Of a stretch of DNA of 64,000 bases, positions 8,428-17,580 are shown piece after piece. Position 1 is the first letter of the stretch, and each line of letters opens with the position of its first letter. The stretch spans positions 8,800 to 72,799 of the forward strand of contig JAEZYD010000030.1 of the NCBI GenBank assembly GCA_023419375.1, written 5' to 3'. Under the pieces are notes generated by a model, which searched no databases, had not been told where the DNA came from, and worked only from the letters and a program-made list of their open reading frames with translations. The stretch is from Pseudomonadota bacterium. Its GTDB lineage: Bacteria > Desulfobacterota > Desulfovibrionia > Desulfovibrionales > Desulfovibrionaceae. The translations under genes and the position numbers were made by a program.

Positions 8428-10095
8428 TCAGGGGCGTGTGTCTGAAAAATAGGCGGCGCAGGTGCGCAGCCATGCGCGCCAGAAGCGGCGGGAGCCTTCG
8501 GGATAGCAGTGCAGCCATGATCCGGCCACGGAGCCGAGGCGGCAGCCTTCATCCCGCAAAAATCGGCCCTGGCTGTCGTAGAGCTTCCATAGGGGACGAC
8601 ATGGGGCGGGCAGGGGGACTTCTTCTTCCTGCGCATAATGAAATTCGTGCCCGCGCACCCACAAGGGGCGGGCGGCAGGCCATTTAAGCGTGGGACACGT
8701 GGGCGCGGGCCAGTCAGGAGCGGTTTGCGCGGCCCGGTAGCCCAAAGCAGCCTTGTTTGCGCCGAGTGCGCAGTTGCGCGGCAGGAGGCCGCTCATGGCG
8801 TGGCCTTGCCCTGCAATCTGCACGGACTGCATGAGGTAGATATAGCCCCCGCACTCGCCGTACATGGGCATGCCCTGTGCAGCCAGCCCGTGCAGGGCGT
8901 CGCGCATGCCCGTATTGGCGGCAAGGCCCGAGGCATGCAGTTCCGGGTAGCCGCCGGGAAAGTACAGGCCAGAACACTCAGTTGGCGGCGCGGCGTCCCG
9001 CAATGGGGAAAAGGTGACAATGCGCGCCCCAAGCTCATGCAGCACGGCGGGCAGATCCGCATAGCAAAAGCTGAAAGCCTCATCCCAGGCCAGACCCACA
9101 ACAGGCCTGCGCCTGCGTTGGGAGCGGGGTGGGTGCTGCGCTTGTGCGTCTGAAAGTGGAAAGAATCTGTCTGACGGCGGCTCATGTGCCTCGGATAACC
9201 GCGCTTGCCGGGCAGCTTCCGGCACTGGCGCGCCGGACGTGTCTGCATTGACGGCCCTTTGTGGCGTCCGCACGCCCGCCAGTTTGAGCATGCGGTTCAG
9301 GTCGCAGTGCTGCTCAACCCATTGGGTCAAGGCTTGTCTGTCCACCGCAGGCAGGGCCTCGCGCGCTTCCACAAGCCCCAGATGGCGGGAGGGAAGTTCC
9401 GGCGCGCCCTGACGGGGCAGCAAGCCTAACAGGGGAACACCAGTGCTCTTGGTCAAGGGCGCCAATGACTGGCGCAGCAGGTCGGCGTGGCGGGCGCTGC
9501 CCACATGGGTGCACACCATGCCAAGAAAACGGACAGGCAGGCCGCCAGCCCATGCGGGACGGTGATGCAGAAAGCCCTCTGCCAGCGCGGCAATGGACTG
9601 CCCCATGCCGCCTGCGTTGAGCACCAGCAGCACGGGCAGACCCAGCAGGGAGGCCAGATGCGCAGTGCTGCCCGCGCCACGGTGCCCTCCGTCATAGAGG
9701 CCCATGGCTCCTTCCACCAGCAGCAGGTCTGGCCTGGCGGAAGGGTTTGTTCCGGCCTTTACGCCCTCCGCGTTCCCATGCCGGGAACAACCTGCGGACA
9801 TGCGTTCAAAAACGCGGCCCAGTCCTTTGGGGATGCGCCCTGCGGGCAGGGGGTGTTCGGCAGGGGACGGCGCGGCTTCCCGGCACATCCATGTGTCCAG
9901 ATTGGCAGCGGGCTGGTCTGTCAGCGCCGCATGAAAGGCCGCATCAATATAATCCGGCCCGGTCTTGGCAGCGCGGGCCATGAGCCCGCGAGCGTGCAGG
10001 GCGCAGAGCAGGGAAAGGGTAAAGGTGGTTTTGCCCGCATTACTGCCCGTGCCGCCTATGACAAGGCCGGGTATGCTCGGCTGCGGCTTGGGCAT
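8428..10095 (-). CDS. cbiA: Cobyrinate a,c-diamide synthase (unusually long at 555 aa)
   Basis: N-terminal P-loop VIGGTGSNAGKTTFTL, then KTGPDYID and VEGAMGLYDG. The C-terminal glutamine amidotransferase part has GGYPELH and ECGGYIYL. Two low-complexity linker expansions explain the extra length. Confidence 0.85.
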   Translation of the reverse strand: MPKPQPSIPGLVIGGTGSNAGKTTFTLSLLCALHARGLMARAAKTGPDYIDAAFHAALTDQPAANLDTWMCREAAPSPAEHPLPAGRIPKGLGRVFERMSAGCSRHGNAEGVKAGTNPSARPDLLLVEGAMGLYDGGHRGAGSTAHLASLLGLPVLLVLNAGGMGQSIAALAEGFLHHRPAWAGGLPVRFLGMVCTHVGSARHADLLRQSLAPLTKSTGVPLLGLLPRQGAPELPSRHLGLVEAREALPAVDRQALTQWVEQHCDLNRMLKLAGVRTPQRAVNADTSGAPVPEAARQARLSEAHEPPSDRFFPLSDAQAQHPPRSQRRRRPVVGLAWDEAFSFCYADLPAVLHELGARIVTFSPLRDAAPPTECSGLYFPGGYPELHASGLAANTGMRDALHGLAAQGMPMYGECGGYIYLMQSVQIAGQGHAMSGLLPRNCALGANKAALGYRAAQTAPDWPAPTCPTLKWPAARPLWVRGHEFHYAQEEEVPLPAPCRPLWKLYDSQGRFLRDEGCRLGSVAGSWLHCYPEGSRRFWRAWLRTCAAYFSDTRP

Positions 10096-10143
10096 ACTTG
10101 CGCTCCGTAGGGTATCGGCAGGGATTGCCTTGCGGCAGGGCTG

Positions 10144-10380
10144 TCAGCGTTGTCGCAGGGCCTCGGCAATGATGGCCGCGTCTGCCTCTGGCCTGGCTTT
10201 GAGCTGCAGCTCGGGGTTGCCGCCGGAGCAGGCAAAACCCTCAGGCCCCAGTTCCACAAAACCGGCGGAAACAACGCGGCTGTAGGGCAATTGTTCGCGC
10301 ATGTCGCTGTGGTCTACACGGCGCGGAAAGATGAAAGGCACTTCCTGACCAGAAAAGTCTTCAACGATGAGGTACTTCAC
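10144..10380 (-). CDS. Small hypothetical protein (78 aa)
   Basis: The C-terminal part of ORF 10144..10557 does not overlap mltG. GTG at 10378-10380 (VKYLIVEDFSG) is preceded by GGAGG. I recognise no family. Confidence 0.45.
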   Translation of the reverse strand: MKYLIVEDFSGQEVPFIFPRRVDHSDMREQLPYSRVVSAGFVELGPEGFACSGGNPELQLKARPEADAAIIAEALRQR

Positions 10381-10390
10381 AGGGGCCTCC

Positions 10391-11461
10391 TCAGCGCGCG
10401 TCGGGCGCGGCGGGCTTGGCATTGCGGCGGTTTTGCAGATACTGCCGCACGGCCTTGTTGTGGTCATTGAGGTTGGTGGAAAAAACATGCTCGCCACCAT
10501 CGAATTTCGCCACAAAGTACAGATAGTTGTGCGCCTCGGGGCGGACAGCTGCGGCAAGGGCCGCAGCGCCGAACGAACATATGGGGCCAGGCGTCAGGCC
10601 GGGGCGCTGATACGTGTTGTAAAGATTGTTGGGATCGTCCAGATCGCGGCGGCGCAGGTTGCCGTCAAACTTGGGGCCCAGCCCGTAAATCACCGTGGGG
10701 TCGGCCTGAAGCAGCATGCCCTTGTTGATGCGGTTCTGGTAGACCCCGGCCACGCGGGCGCGTTCTGCGTCAATGCCTGTTTCCTTTTCCACAATGGAAG
10801 CAAGGATAACCCATGTTTTGAGCTGTTCGGTCTGGCTTGGCCCCGGTTTTTTGCCGTCTGGCCACACGTTGGCGGTCTTGCGCCAGAAGTTGTCCACCAT
10901 GCGGCCGGCGACTGCCTTGGCCTGCGCCAGATCAACGACGTCATTCTTTTTGAGCAGATACGTATCCGGCATCAAAAAGCCCTCAGCCGTGGCAAAGGGG
11001 ATGCCGTAATGACGCAGAAAGTCCGGGTCGGTCACGACCTTGCGAAAGTCGTCAAAAACCACCAGCCCGGCTTCTTCCAGCACCTTGCCCGTCTGCCACC
11101 ATGTGAGGCCTTCCGGCACGGTGACGCGGTACAGCACGGGGTGCCCGTTGACCAGCTCGTCCAGCACCTTTTCCGGCAGCCAGCCGGTATTGAGGGCGAA
11201 TCTGCCAGCCTGGAGGCGGTTTTCCCATTTTTTATAGCGGGCCAGCAGGTCAAGTTTGCGGGCGTCGGTAACAACTCCCTGCTTGACCAGCCCTGCGCTT
11301 ACCTGCGCCAGACGCGCCCCGGCGGGCACGTCAAAAAAGACATCGCGGCCTGGGGTTTCCGGTGCGGTGGTGAGGAAGGTGTGAGCCTCGTAAGCCACCC
11401 ATCCTCCGCCAGCGAGGGCCAGCAAAAACAGCAGGCCCAGCGCGCGCAACAGTGTTTTCAT
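10391..11461 (-). CDS. mltG: Endolytic murein transglycosylase MltG (YceG family)
   Basis: The 356-aa ORF has an N-terminal TM helix and YceG motifs (RFALNTGW, VTVPEGLT, LQADPTVIYGLG, YNTYQRPGLTPGPI). Confidence 0.9.
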   Translation of the reverse strand: MKTLLRALGLLFLLALAGGGWVAYEAHTFLTTAPETPGRDVFFDVPAGARLAQVSAGLVKQGVVTDARKLDLLARYKKWENRLQAGRFALNTGWLPEKVLDELVNGHPVLYRVTVPEGLTWWQTGKVLEEAGLVVFDDFRKVVTDPDFLRHYGIPFATAEGFLMPDTYLLKKNDVVDLAQAKAVAGRMVDNFWRKTANVWPDGKKPGPSQTEQLKTWVILASIVEKETGIDAERARVAGVYQNRINKGMLLQADPTVIYGLGPKFDGNLRRRDLDDPNNLYNTYQRPGLTPGPICSFGAAALAAAVRPEAHNYLYFVAKFDGGEHVFSTNLNDHNKAVRQYLQNRRNAKPAAPDAR

Positions 11462-11895
11462 GCGGGTCTCCGGTCTTGGGGCGCAAGCGAAAGAAAGGAA
11501 GAAAGAATGCGCACGGCGGCCTGCTGGTCAAGCACGGCCTTGCGTTTGCGCATTTTCAGACCGGCCTCGCGCAGGTCGGCCCAGGCTTCCTCGGAACTCA
11601 GCGCCTCAATCATAAAGAAAAAAGGCAGCGGCACCCGGCGCTTGAGGCGCTCGGTTACGTTGCGTATCTGGCGCGTGGTCATGGTTTCTTCCCCATCAAG
11701 AGTCAGGGGCAAACCTACCACCACCGCTTCCGCCCCGGCCTCGGCAATGCGCTCGGCAAGGGCGGCCAGAAAGGCCTTGCGGTCGGTAAAATCCTCAAGC
11801 CGCAAGGTAGCCAGCGGAAAGGCCAGCCGCCCATCAGGGTCGGATGCGGCAAGGCCCGTGCGGGCCAGACCGTAATCAACGGCAACGAATTTCAC
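11458..11895 (-). CDS. ruvX: Holliday-junction-resolvase-like putative pre-16S rRNA nuclease RuvX (YqgF)
   Basis: The 145-aa ORF starts MKFVAVDYGLARTGLAASD and contains VVGLPLTLDGEE. ATGA overlap with the mltG start at 11458-11461. Confidence 0.85.
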   Translation of the reverse strand: MKFVAVDYGLARTGLAASDPDGRLAFPLATLRLEDFTDRKAFLAALAERIAEAGAEAVVVGLPLTLDGEETMTTRQIRNVTERLKRRVPLPFFFMIEALSSEEAWADLREAGLKMRKRKAVLDQQAAVRILSSFLSLAPQDRRPA

Positions 11896-11974
11896 TGCAA
11901 GCCTCGTTGTGCGCGGCGCGTTTGCCAGCGGGTGCGGCCATCTCTAAGAAATGCATTCTCAAAGGCAAGGTGGT

Positions 11975-12649
11975 CTAAATGATGCCCAGCAGCGACAGCA
12001 GGCCAAGGGCGCTGCCGCTGACCAGCGGGCCAAGCACAAGCCCGAGCGCCCCGGTGAACAGCAACAACAAAAGAATGACAAATCCGTAACGCTCCACACT
12101 CAGGTAACGATATGCGGCGGTTGGGGGCAGAAAATAGGCCACAACCTTGCTGCCGTCCAGCGGAGGAATGGGCATCAGATTGAGCCAACCCAGCCCGAAA
12201 TTAATGATTACGCCGGTCTGGATGGTCTTGAGCGCAAAGACGTAACTTGTGCTGTTCATCCATTCTTGCGGCGGAAAAACATGCAGCACCGCCCACAGCA
12301 GAATGCCAAAAAGCCCTGCCAGCAAAAAGTTTGTGAGCGGCCCGGCAAGAGCCACCAGCATCATGTCTTTTGCGGGATTGCGGAAGTAACGGGGATTGAC
12401 TGGCACGGGCTTGGCCCAGCCGAACACAAAGGCCCCGGAAAGGCTGGTCAGCACAAAGGCCAACAGGCCCATGGGGTCAATATGGGGCAGGGGGTTCAGG
12501 GTCAGCCGCCCCATGAATTTTGCGGTCGGGTCGCCGCAACGGTAGGCCACCCATCCGTGGGCCACTTCATGCAGAATGATGCCCAGAAGAGCGGGTACAG
12601 CGGCTACGGCCAAGGTGCTCAGCACCTGGGAAAGGTCTAGGTTCAGCAT
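11975..12649 (-). CDS. Site-2 protease family (peptidase M50) membrane metalloprotease
   Basis: HEVAHGW zinc motif and NLMPIPPLDGSKV motif. The 224-aa protein is polytopic. Confidence 0.8.
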   Translation of the reverse strand: MLNLDLSQVLSTLAVAAVPALLGIILHEVAHGWVAYRCGDPTAKFMGRLTLNPLPHIDPMGLLAFVLTSLSGAFVFGWAKPVPVNPRYFRNPAKDMMLVALAGPLTNFLLAGLFGILLWAVLHVFPPQEWMNSTSYVFALKTIQTGVIINFGLGWLNLMPIPPLDGSKVVAYFLPPTAAYRYLSVERYGFVILLLLLFTGALGLVLGPLVSGSALGLLSLLGII

Positions 12650-12692
12650 ATATTGCGGGTACCATTTTCCTCTTGGCGCGGCAAGGTCGGGC

Positions 12693-13001
12693 CTAGCCCG
12701 AGGAGGCTACCTTGCGCACCAGCAGATCGTCGTTGGGCCAGATGTGGCGGTCAGGAGTAAGCAACTGGCCGTTGCGGGCCACAAGGGCGGTTTCTTCGGC
12801 AAGGCCAAGGGCTGCAAGCAGCTGGCGCGAGGTCTTGGGCCGGGGCATGGAAAGGTATTTTTCTTCCGGTTGCACAAGGACGGTCACGCGCGCGCCCGTG
12901 TGTTCCGGCTTGACCACCTGAATGCGGGCGGCATGCGCGGCGGGGGCCGCTGCGGCCTCGGTTGCCTGGGTATCGGTAGCCGGGGTGGCGGTGTCAGTCA
13001 T
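12693..13001 (-). CDS. Small protein, possibly MoaD/ThiS-like beta-grasp, with an Ala/Thr-rich N-terminus
   Basis: The 102-aa ORF has a C-terminal part (VLVQPEE...ALVARNGQLLTPDRHIWPNDDLLVRKVASSG) that resembles ThiS/MoaD topology. It ends in SG rather than GG, so the assignment is weak. Confidence 0.4.
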   Translation of the reverse strand: MTDTATPATDTQATEAAAAPAAHAARIQVVKPEHTGARVTVLVQPEEKYLSMPRPKTSRQLLAALGLAEETALVARNGQLLTPDRHIWPNDDLLVRKVASSG

Positions 13002-13010
13002 GCAATACTC

Positions 13011-13451
13011 CTAGAGGTATTCTTCGAGCAGCGCGCAGGTATGGCAAACCAGCGGCGCACAGGTTTTGATAAAAAGATTGTTCTGTTTGACGGCGGTCAT
13101 GCCCTCGGGCGTGGTGAGGTCATGCCCCAGAACGCCCCGGCACTGCAAGCTGCCGTGAGCCTTGGCAAAAGCCTCGGTAAAGGCATCGCGCCGGGCGTAA
13201 AAGGCATCCTTTTGCGGGCGTGAACACGGGCCGCTCGGGCCGTGCAGCATGCCCAGCACCATGAGCGAGCCGGAAACGCAGCCGCACACTTCGGCCCGGC
13301 CCATGCCGGAGCCGAAGGCCGAGGCTATGCGCAAGGCTGTTTCTTCCGTCAGGCCAAGCCTGTCGGCAAAGTGGGCCAATACCTGCTGCGCGCAGATAAT
13401 GCCCATATTGAAGTCTTCTTGCACTTCTTCAAGCTCAGGAGGGGTGCGCAT
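13011..13451 (-). CDS. C_GCAxxG_C_C family (putative redox-active) protein
   Basis: The 146-aa ORF has NMGIICAQQV, GRAEVCGCVSGSLMVLG and LQCRGVLG...KTCAPLVCHTC, matching the C-GCAxxG-C-C cysteine pattern. Confidence 0.75.
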   Translation of the reverse strand: MRTPPELEEVQEDFNMGIICAQQVLAHFADRLGLTEETALRIASAFGSGMGRAEVCGCVSGSLMVLGMLHGPSGPCSRPQKDAFYARRDAFTEAFAKAHGSLQCRGVLGHDLTTPEGMTAVKQNNLFIKTCAPLVCHTCALLEEYL

Positions 13452-13460
13452 GTTTTGTCC

Positions 13461-14441
13461 TTATGTGCAGAAGTAGTAAACAAGGGTCACAACCGTCATG
13501 CTGGCGGCGCGCAGCCCCTGATTGGCGAGGATAAGCCGCAGGGCCAGCGCCGGGCGGAAAAAACCCGCATAGGACGGCAGCTGGTGCCGTATGGCCCGCA
13601 TGGGTGTGGAAAGGATATTGCCCACCATGAGGGCCAGCACCACATCGCGCGGCGAAAGCCCGCCCGTTTGCAGCACGCTGCCCGCTGCGCCGAGTGCCGC
13701 GCCAAGCTCCGCCGCCAGGTGCAGCACAATGATGCCCATGGCCTGCGGCTTCAAAAACGAGAGCCAGCCCATGTGATCGGCCAGCCATGCCTCTGCCAGG
13801 GCAAAATAGCCGTAGCGCTGCATGCAGAACATAAGCACATAAATGGGCGCCGTGAAGTATACCAGCTTGGGAAGACGCCGCAAAAAGCGCCGCCAGGCCT
13901 TGTTCAGGGCTTCTCGCCAGGATGTGCCCGCCTGCTTGATGTTCTGGCAGGCAATACAGCCCGGCGGTGGCGGCGGCAGCAGCCAGCGTGAAAGCACAAC
14001 GGTAAAGCCCGTGCGCCCTGCGGCGGCAATAAATGTAAGCCCCACATATACAAGGGCAGGAGTGCCCAGTACCGGCCATGTGAGCAGAAAAATGGTGGGC
14101 GTGTGCACAAGATAGGCTGGCAGGCTGTTGAAGAGGTTTGCCAGCATAAGCTCGTTGCTGGATAGTTCGCCCAGATTATGGCTGTCAGAGAGCAGGCCGT
14201 TGGCGGCGGCGGGGGACACAAAGGCCAGCGAAAAACTCGCGCCCGCGACTTCGCGCAGGTGGGCGGTCTGGGCCAGGGGCGCGGCAAGCCGGGCCAGATG
14301 GCGCGTCCAGCGCAGGGCCTCCAGCAGGTTTGCCACAAGCAGGCCCACAGCCAGCCCCAGCAGCAGACGCAGCAAGGGCCAGCCCAGAGAATGCCAGAGG
14401 CTTGCGAGTGTGAGTGCGGTATCTGGGGTGGTTGCTGTCAT
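13461..14441 (-). CDS. Polytopic membrane protein, nucleoside-recognition (Gate) domain-like
   Basis: The 326-aa hydrophobic ORF has two Gate-like halves. The family call rests on overall resemblance only. Confidence 0.55.
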   Translation of the reverse strand: MTATTPDTALTLASLWHSLGWPLLRLLLGLAVGLLVANLLEALRWTRHLARLAAPLAQTAHLREVAGASFSLAFVSPAAANGLLSDSHNLGELSSNELMLANLFNSLPAYLVHTPTIFLLTWPVLGTPALVYVGLTFIAAAGRTGFTVVLSRWLLPPPPPGCIACQNIKQAGTSWREALNKAWRRFLRRLPKLVYFTAPIYVLMFCMQRYGYFALAEAWLADHMGWLSFLKPQAMGIIVLHLAAELGAALGAAGSVLQTGGLSPRDVVLALMVGNILSTPMRAIRHQLPSYAGFFRPALALRLILANQGLRAASMTVVTLVYYFCT

Positions 14442-14544
14442 GCTGGTGGGCTTGGCGCTGCCGGGAGCTGAAATGCGGAACAGTCAAGGGTTTGCGCGCC
14501 CTTGCGGCTACGTCCGCAAGGGCAAAAACAAGGATGTATCGTGG

Positions 14545-15015
14545 CTAGGGATTGTAGCCCGTGTCTGGGGGCAGATCCCTGCGGCCAGCTTCCGCGCGGG
14601 CCAGAACATCGCAACGTTCATTTTCGGGATGCCCGGCATGGCCCTTCAGCCAGCGCATGCGCACCTTGTGGGTGGCAAGCAGGGGCAGCAGGCGCTTCCA
14701 CAGGTCAACATTGAGGGCGGGCTTTTTGTCGCTCTTGATCCAGCCCTTTTTCTGCCAGCCCCAGACCCAACGCTTTTCAATGCTGTCGCATACGTATTTT
14801 GAGTCGGAGTAGAGCTCGACTTCGCAGGGGTTTTGCAACTGGCTCAGAGCCTCCACAACCGCCAGAATTTCCATGCGGTTGTTGGTGGTCAGCTTGTAGC
14901 CGCCGGCAAATTCCTTGCGGTAGTCCTGATCGTCAAGTTTGAGTACGGCGGCCCAGCCGCCGGGGCCGGGATTGCCCAGACATGAGCCGTCAGTATGGAT
15001 GGTCACTTTCTGCAT
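14545..15015 (-). CDS. rnhA: Ribonuclease HI
   Basis: The 156-aa ORF has IHTDGSCLGNPGPGGWAAV, TNNRMEL-like TNNRMEI, SDSKYV and WLKGHAGHPENERCD. Confidence 0.9.
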   Translation of the reverse strand: MQKVTIHTDGSCLGNPGPGGWAAVLKLDDQDYRKEFAGGYKLTTNNRMEILAVVEALSQLQNPCEVELYSDSKYVCDSIEKRWVWGWQKKGWIKSDKKPALNVDLWKRLLPLLATHKVRMRWLKGHAGHPENERCDVLARAEAGRRDLPPDTGYNP

Positions 15016-15181
15016 TGTAGTCCTTTACGCGGGTTCCTGCCGAAGCTGTTCGGCGAGCGGCAACCATACACGGCAAAGCCTTGCTGGGCAATGCGCCTCT
15101 TGGGGCAGGGGTGGGCGGATTCCACCTGACAGAAAGATCCCTGGAATTGGAATACGGCAGAAGCGATGATGCGAGGGCGCA

Positions 15182-15204
15182 GGGGAGGGAATAAACCCCT
15201 CCCC
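15182..15204 (-). other. GC-rich stem-loop about 28 nt downstream of the amidohydrolase stop; possible transcript-end structure without a U-tract
   Basis: GGGGAGGG (15182-15189) pairs with CCCTCCCC (15197-15204). No T run follows on the minus strand. Confidence 0.3.
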
Positions 15205-15231
15205 CGTAAAATTTCGTGGCTTGAAACTGCT

Positions 15232-16467
15232 TTAGCCGGGTTCGTTGCCCGTGCGCATCAGACAGTGCAGCAGCACGTCCGCGCCTGCCGTGCAGTCTTC
15301 CCACGAGGTGTTTTCTACCTCGGCATGACTGCGCCCGCCCATGCTTGGCACAAATATCATGGCACCCGGCGCAACCTGGGCAATGTAGATCATGTCGTGC
15401 GAGGCTCCGGAGACCATGTCCAGGCAGGGCAGGCCAAGGTTTGTCGCAGCCTCGCGCACCATTTCGCGCAGGCGCTGGTCAAAGGGCACGCGCGAAACCT
15501 GCCAGATGCGTTCGTGCGTTGCCTTGCACCCCGCCAGTTGCGCGGCTTCGGCCAGCGCGGCCTCAATGCGTTGGCACACGGCATCCGTGGCGGCTTCGTC
15601 CCAGCCGCGCACATCAATGGTGAACTGCACATCCCCGGCAATGACGTTGCGCGAGTTGGGCGAGGCATGCACTTCGCCCACAGTGGCCACCACCTGACCC
15701 GAGTCGCGGGCAATCTCGAAAATGCGCGCCGCCATGAGCGAAAAGGCGTATATGGCGTCCTGCCTGCTGGTCATGGGCGTTGGCCCGGCATGGTTGGGCA
15801 CGCCCTGCACGCGCACATTGTACCAGCGCAGGCACACAATGCCCTGCGGTATGCCGATGGGGATGCTTTTCTCTTCCAGCACAGGCCCTTGCTCTATGTG
15901 CAGTTCAAAGGCCGCATGCACAGGGCGGGGGAAATAACTGGAATCGCCCCGAAAGCCGATGCGTGTAAGTTCTTCGCCAAGGGTAAGGCCTTGCTGGTCT
16001 TTGAGGGCGTACATATCATGCTGTTCCAGTTTGCCAGCCCATACGCCGGAACCGGAGCAGCCGGGGGTGAAGCGGGAGCCTTCCTCATTTGTCCAGTCGG
16101 CCACCACCAGATCGCGTAGCAGGGTCACTCCCGCATCGCGCAGGGCGTTCACAACCTCCACGCCAGCCACAACGCCCAGCATGCCGTCAAAGCGCCCGCC
16201 GAGCGGCTGGGAATCGCCGTGAGAGCCTGTCATCACCGGGGGCAGGGTTCTGTCCCTGCCCGGCAGCACGGCAAAGATGTTGCCCATGCCGTCCACATGG
16301 ATTTCGCAACCCAGTTCCTTCAGCCATGCGCTGAGTTGCTGCCGGGCGTCTTTGTCTGCATCGGACAGGGCCAGCCGGGTGACGCCGCCGCCCGCGGTTG
16401 CCCCGAATGCAGATATTGCTTCCATGCGGTTTTGCAGCCGCGCCTTGTCTACACGCACAGAGTTCAT
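15232..16467 (-). CDS. M20-family Zn amidohydrolase of the allantoate amidohydrolase / N-carbamoyl-L-amino-acid hydrolase / ureidoglycolate amidohydrolase group
   Basis: I used internal ATG 16465-16467 (MNSVRVDK), preceded by GGGAGA, giving 411 aa. Motifs are GSHGDS, NEEGSRF, ELHIEQGPVLE, NHAGPTPM and SGASHD. Confidence 0.85.
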   Translation of the reverse strand: MNSVRVDKARLQNRMEAISAFGATAGGGVTRLALSDADKDARQQLSAWLKELGCEIHVDGMGNIFAVLPGRDRTLPPVMTGSHGDSQPLGGRFDGMLGVVAGVEVVNALRDAGVTLLRDLVVADWTNEEGSRFTPGCSGSGVWAGKLEQHDMYALKDQQGLTLGEELTRIGFRGDSSYFPRPVHAAFELHIEQGPVLEEKSIPIGIPQGIVCLRWYNVRVQGVPNHAGPTPMTSRQDAIYAFSLMAARIFEIARDSGQVVATVGEVHASPNSRNVIAGDVQFTIDVRGWDEAATDAVCQRIEAALAEAAQLAGCKATHERIWQVSRVPFDQRLREMVREAATNLGLPCLDMVSGASHDMIYIAQVAPGAMIFVPSMGGRSHAEVENTSWEDCTAGADVLLHCLMRTGNEPG

Positions 16468-16499
16468 GCCTTCTCCCTTGGTTCTGGCTCTATTCATTC

Positions 16500-16544
16500 G
16501 GCGGGGGCACGGGCCGTCATGCCGTGGCCCAAGCTGCCCCCGCC
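16500..16544 (-). other. Extended intercistronic stem-loop between the KARI-like and amidohydrolase genes
   Basis: GGCGGGGGCA (16500-16509) pairs with TGCCCCCGCC (16535-16544). An inner stem pairs GGGCC (16511-16515) with GGCCC (16526-16530). There is no U-tract. Confidence 0.5.
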
Positions 16545-16559
16545 AGCGGCGGATAAATC

Positions 16560-17552
16560 CTATGACATGCCGAATTTGTCGCGGAACAGCTTGCCGGTGC
16601 GCTCCATGTCCGAATCGGCCCATGTGCGGCGCATGCGGTTGAGAGTGGGCATGCCCAGATTGAATTCATTCAGCCAGTTGCGGGCAAAGATGCCTTTTTC
16701 CGTTTCTTCAAAAATTTGCTGGATGGCGTCTTCGTTGATGACGCGCGGGCCGGATGTACGTACGGCAAATTCGCAGGTGCGGCTGGCGCGGCGGGTGAGG
16801 TATTCTTCCACGCCCACTTCGTCGATATCGTCAATGATGGAGCGGATGGAGCGCACGGCTTTGGCATAGGCGAAAGAAGCCGGATAGCCGTTATCGGTCA
16901 TGACCTTGTAGATGGAGCGCATGAGCTGGATGGCACCGCCGTAGAGCACCTGTTCTTCAAAATTGTCGCCCTCGGTTTCGTGCTGGAACGAGAGCTTGAT
17001 GGTGCCCACGCGGGTGCTGCCCACGCCCTTGGCAATGGCAAGGGCCGTGGCGGCGGCATGGCCGCTGGCGTCCTGATCAACGGCCACCGCGCCGTAGATG
17101 CCGGAGCCTTCCTTGAACTTGCGGCGCACCACCGGGCCGGGGCCGTTGGGCACAAAGAGGATGACGTCCACATCCCTGGGCGGCTTGATGGTGCCGTAGA
17201 GGATGGCAAAACCGTGCGCAAAGCTGAGGGTCTGGCCGGGGCGCAGGTGGGCGTGGATGGAAGAATAGTACGCGGCGGGCTGGGCCGGGTCTTGCAGCAG
17301 GATATGGACGATATCCGCCTTTTTGACGGCCTCCTCGATGTCGTACACGGCAAAGCCGTCGGCCTCGGCGTCCTTCCAGCTGTTGTGCACTGTCCTGTCG
17401 CCAACGCCCACAATCACGTTGATGCCGCTGTCGCGCAGGCTTTTGCCCTGGGCCTTGCCCTGGCTGCCGTAACCGATGATGGCAATGGTCTTGCCGTGCA
17501 GCACGGAGATATCAACGTCTTCGTCCCTGTAAATTTCGCCAAACTGTGACAT
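16560..17552 (-). CDS. Ketol-acid reductoisomerase (class I KARI)-fold oxidoreductase, divergent paralogue
   Basis: The 330-aa ORF has IAIIGYGSQG (Rossmann), FAHGF and HETEGDNFEEQ. The C-terminal knotted-domain signature is altered (see findings). Confidence 0.8.
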   Translation of the reverse strand: MSQFGEIYRDEDVDISVLHGKTIAIIGYGSQGKAQGKSLRDSGINVIVGVGDRTVHNSWKDAEADGFAVYDIEEAVKKADIVHILLQDPAQPAAYYSSIHAHLRPGQTLSFAHGFAILYGTIKPPRDVDVILFVPNGPGPVVRRKFKEGSGIYGAVAVDQDASGHAAATALAIAKGVGSTRVGTIKLSFQHETEGDNFEEQVLYGGAIQLMRSIYKVMTDNGYPASFAYAKAVRSIRSIIDDIDEVGVEEYLTRRASRTCEFAVRTSGPRVINEDAIQQIFEETEKGIFARNWLNEFNLGMPTLNRMRRTWADSDMERTGKLFRDKFGMS

Positions 17553-17580
17553 GGTATATCCTTATTGAAAAAGCGGGAGG

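Noticed and set aside
10367-11875. 502-aa plus-strand ORF
   Set aside because: It is antisense to mltG and ruvX, both of which have clear family motifs.
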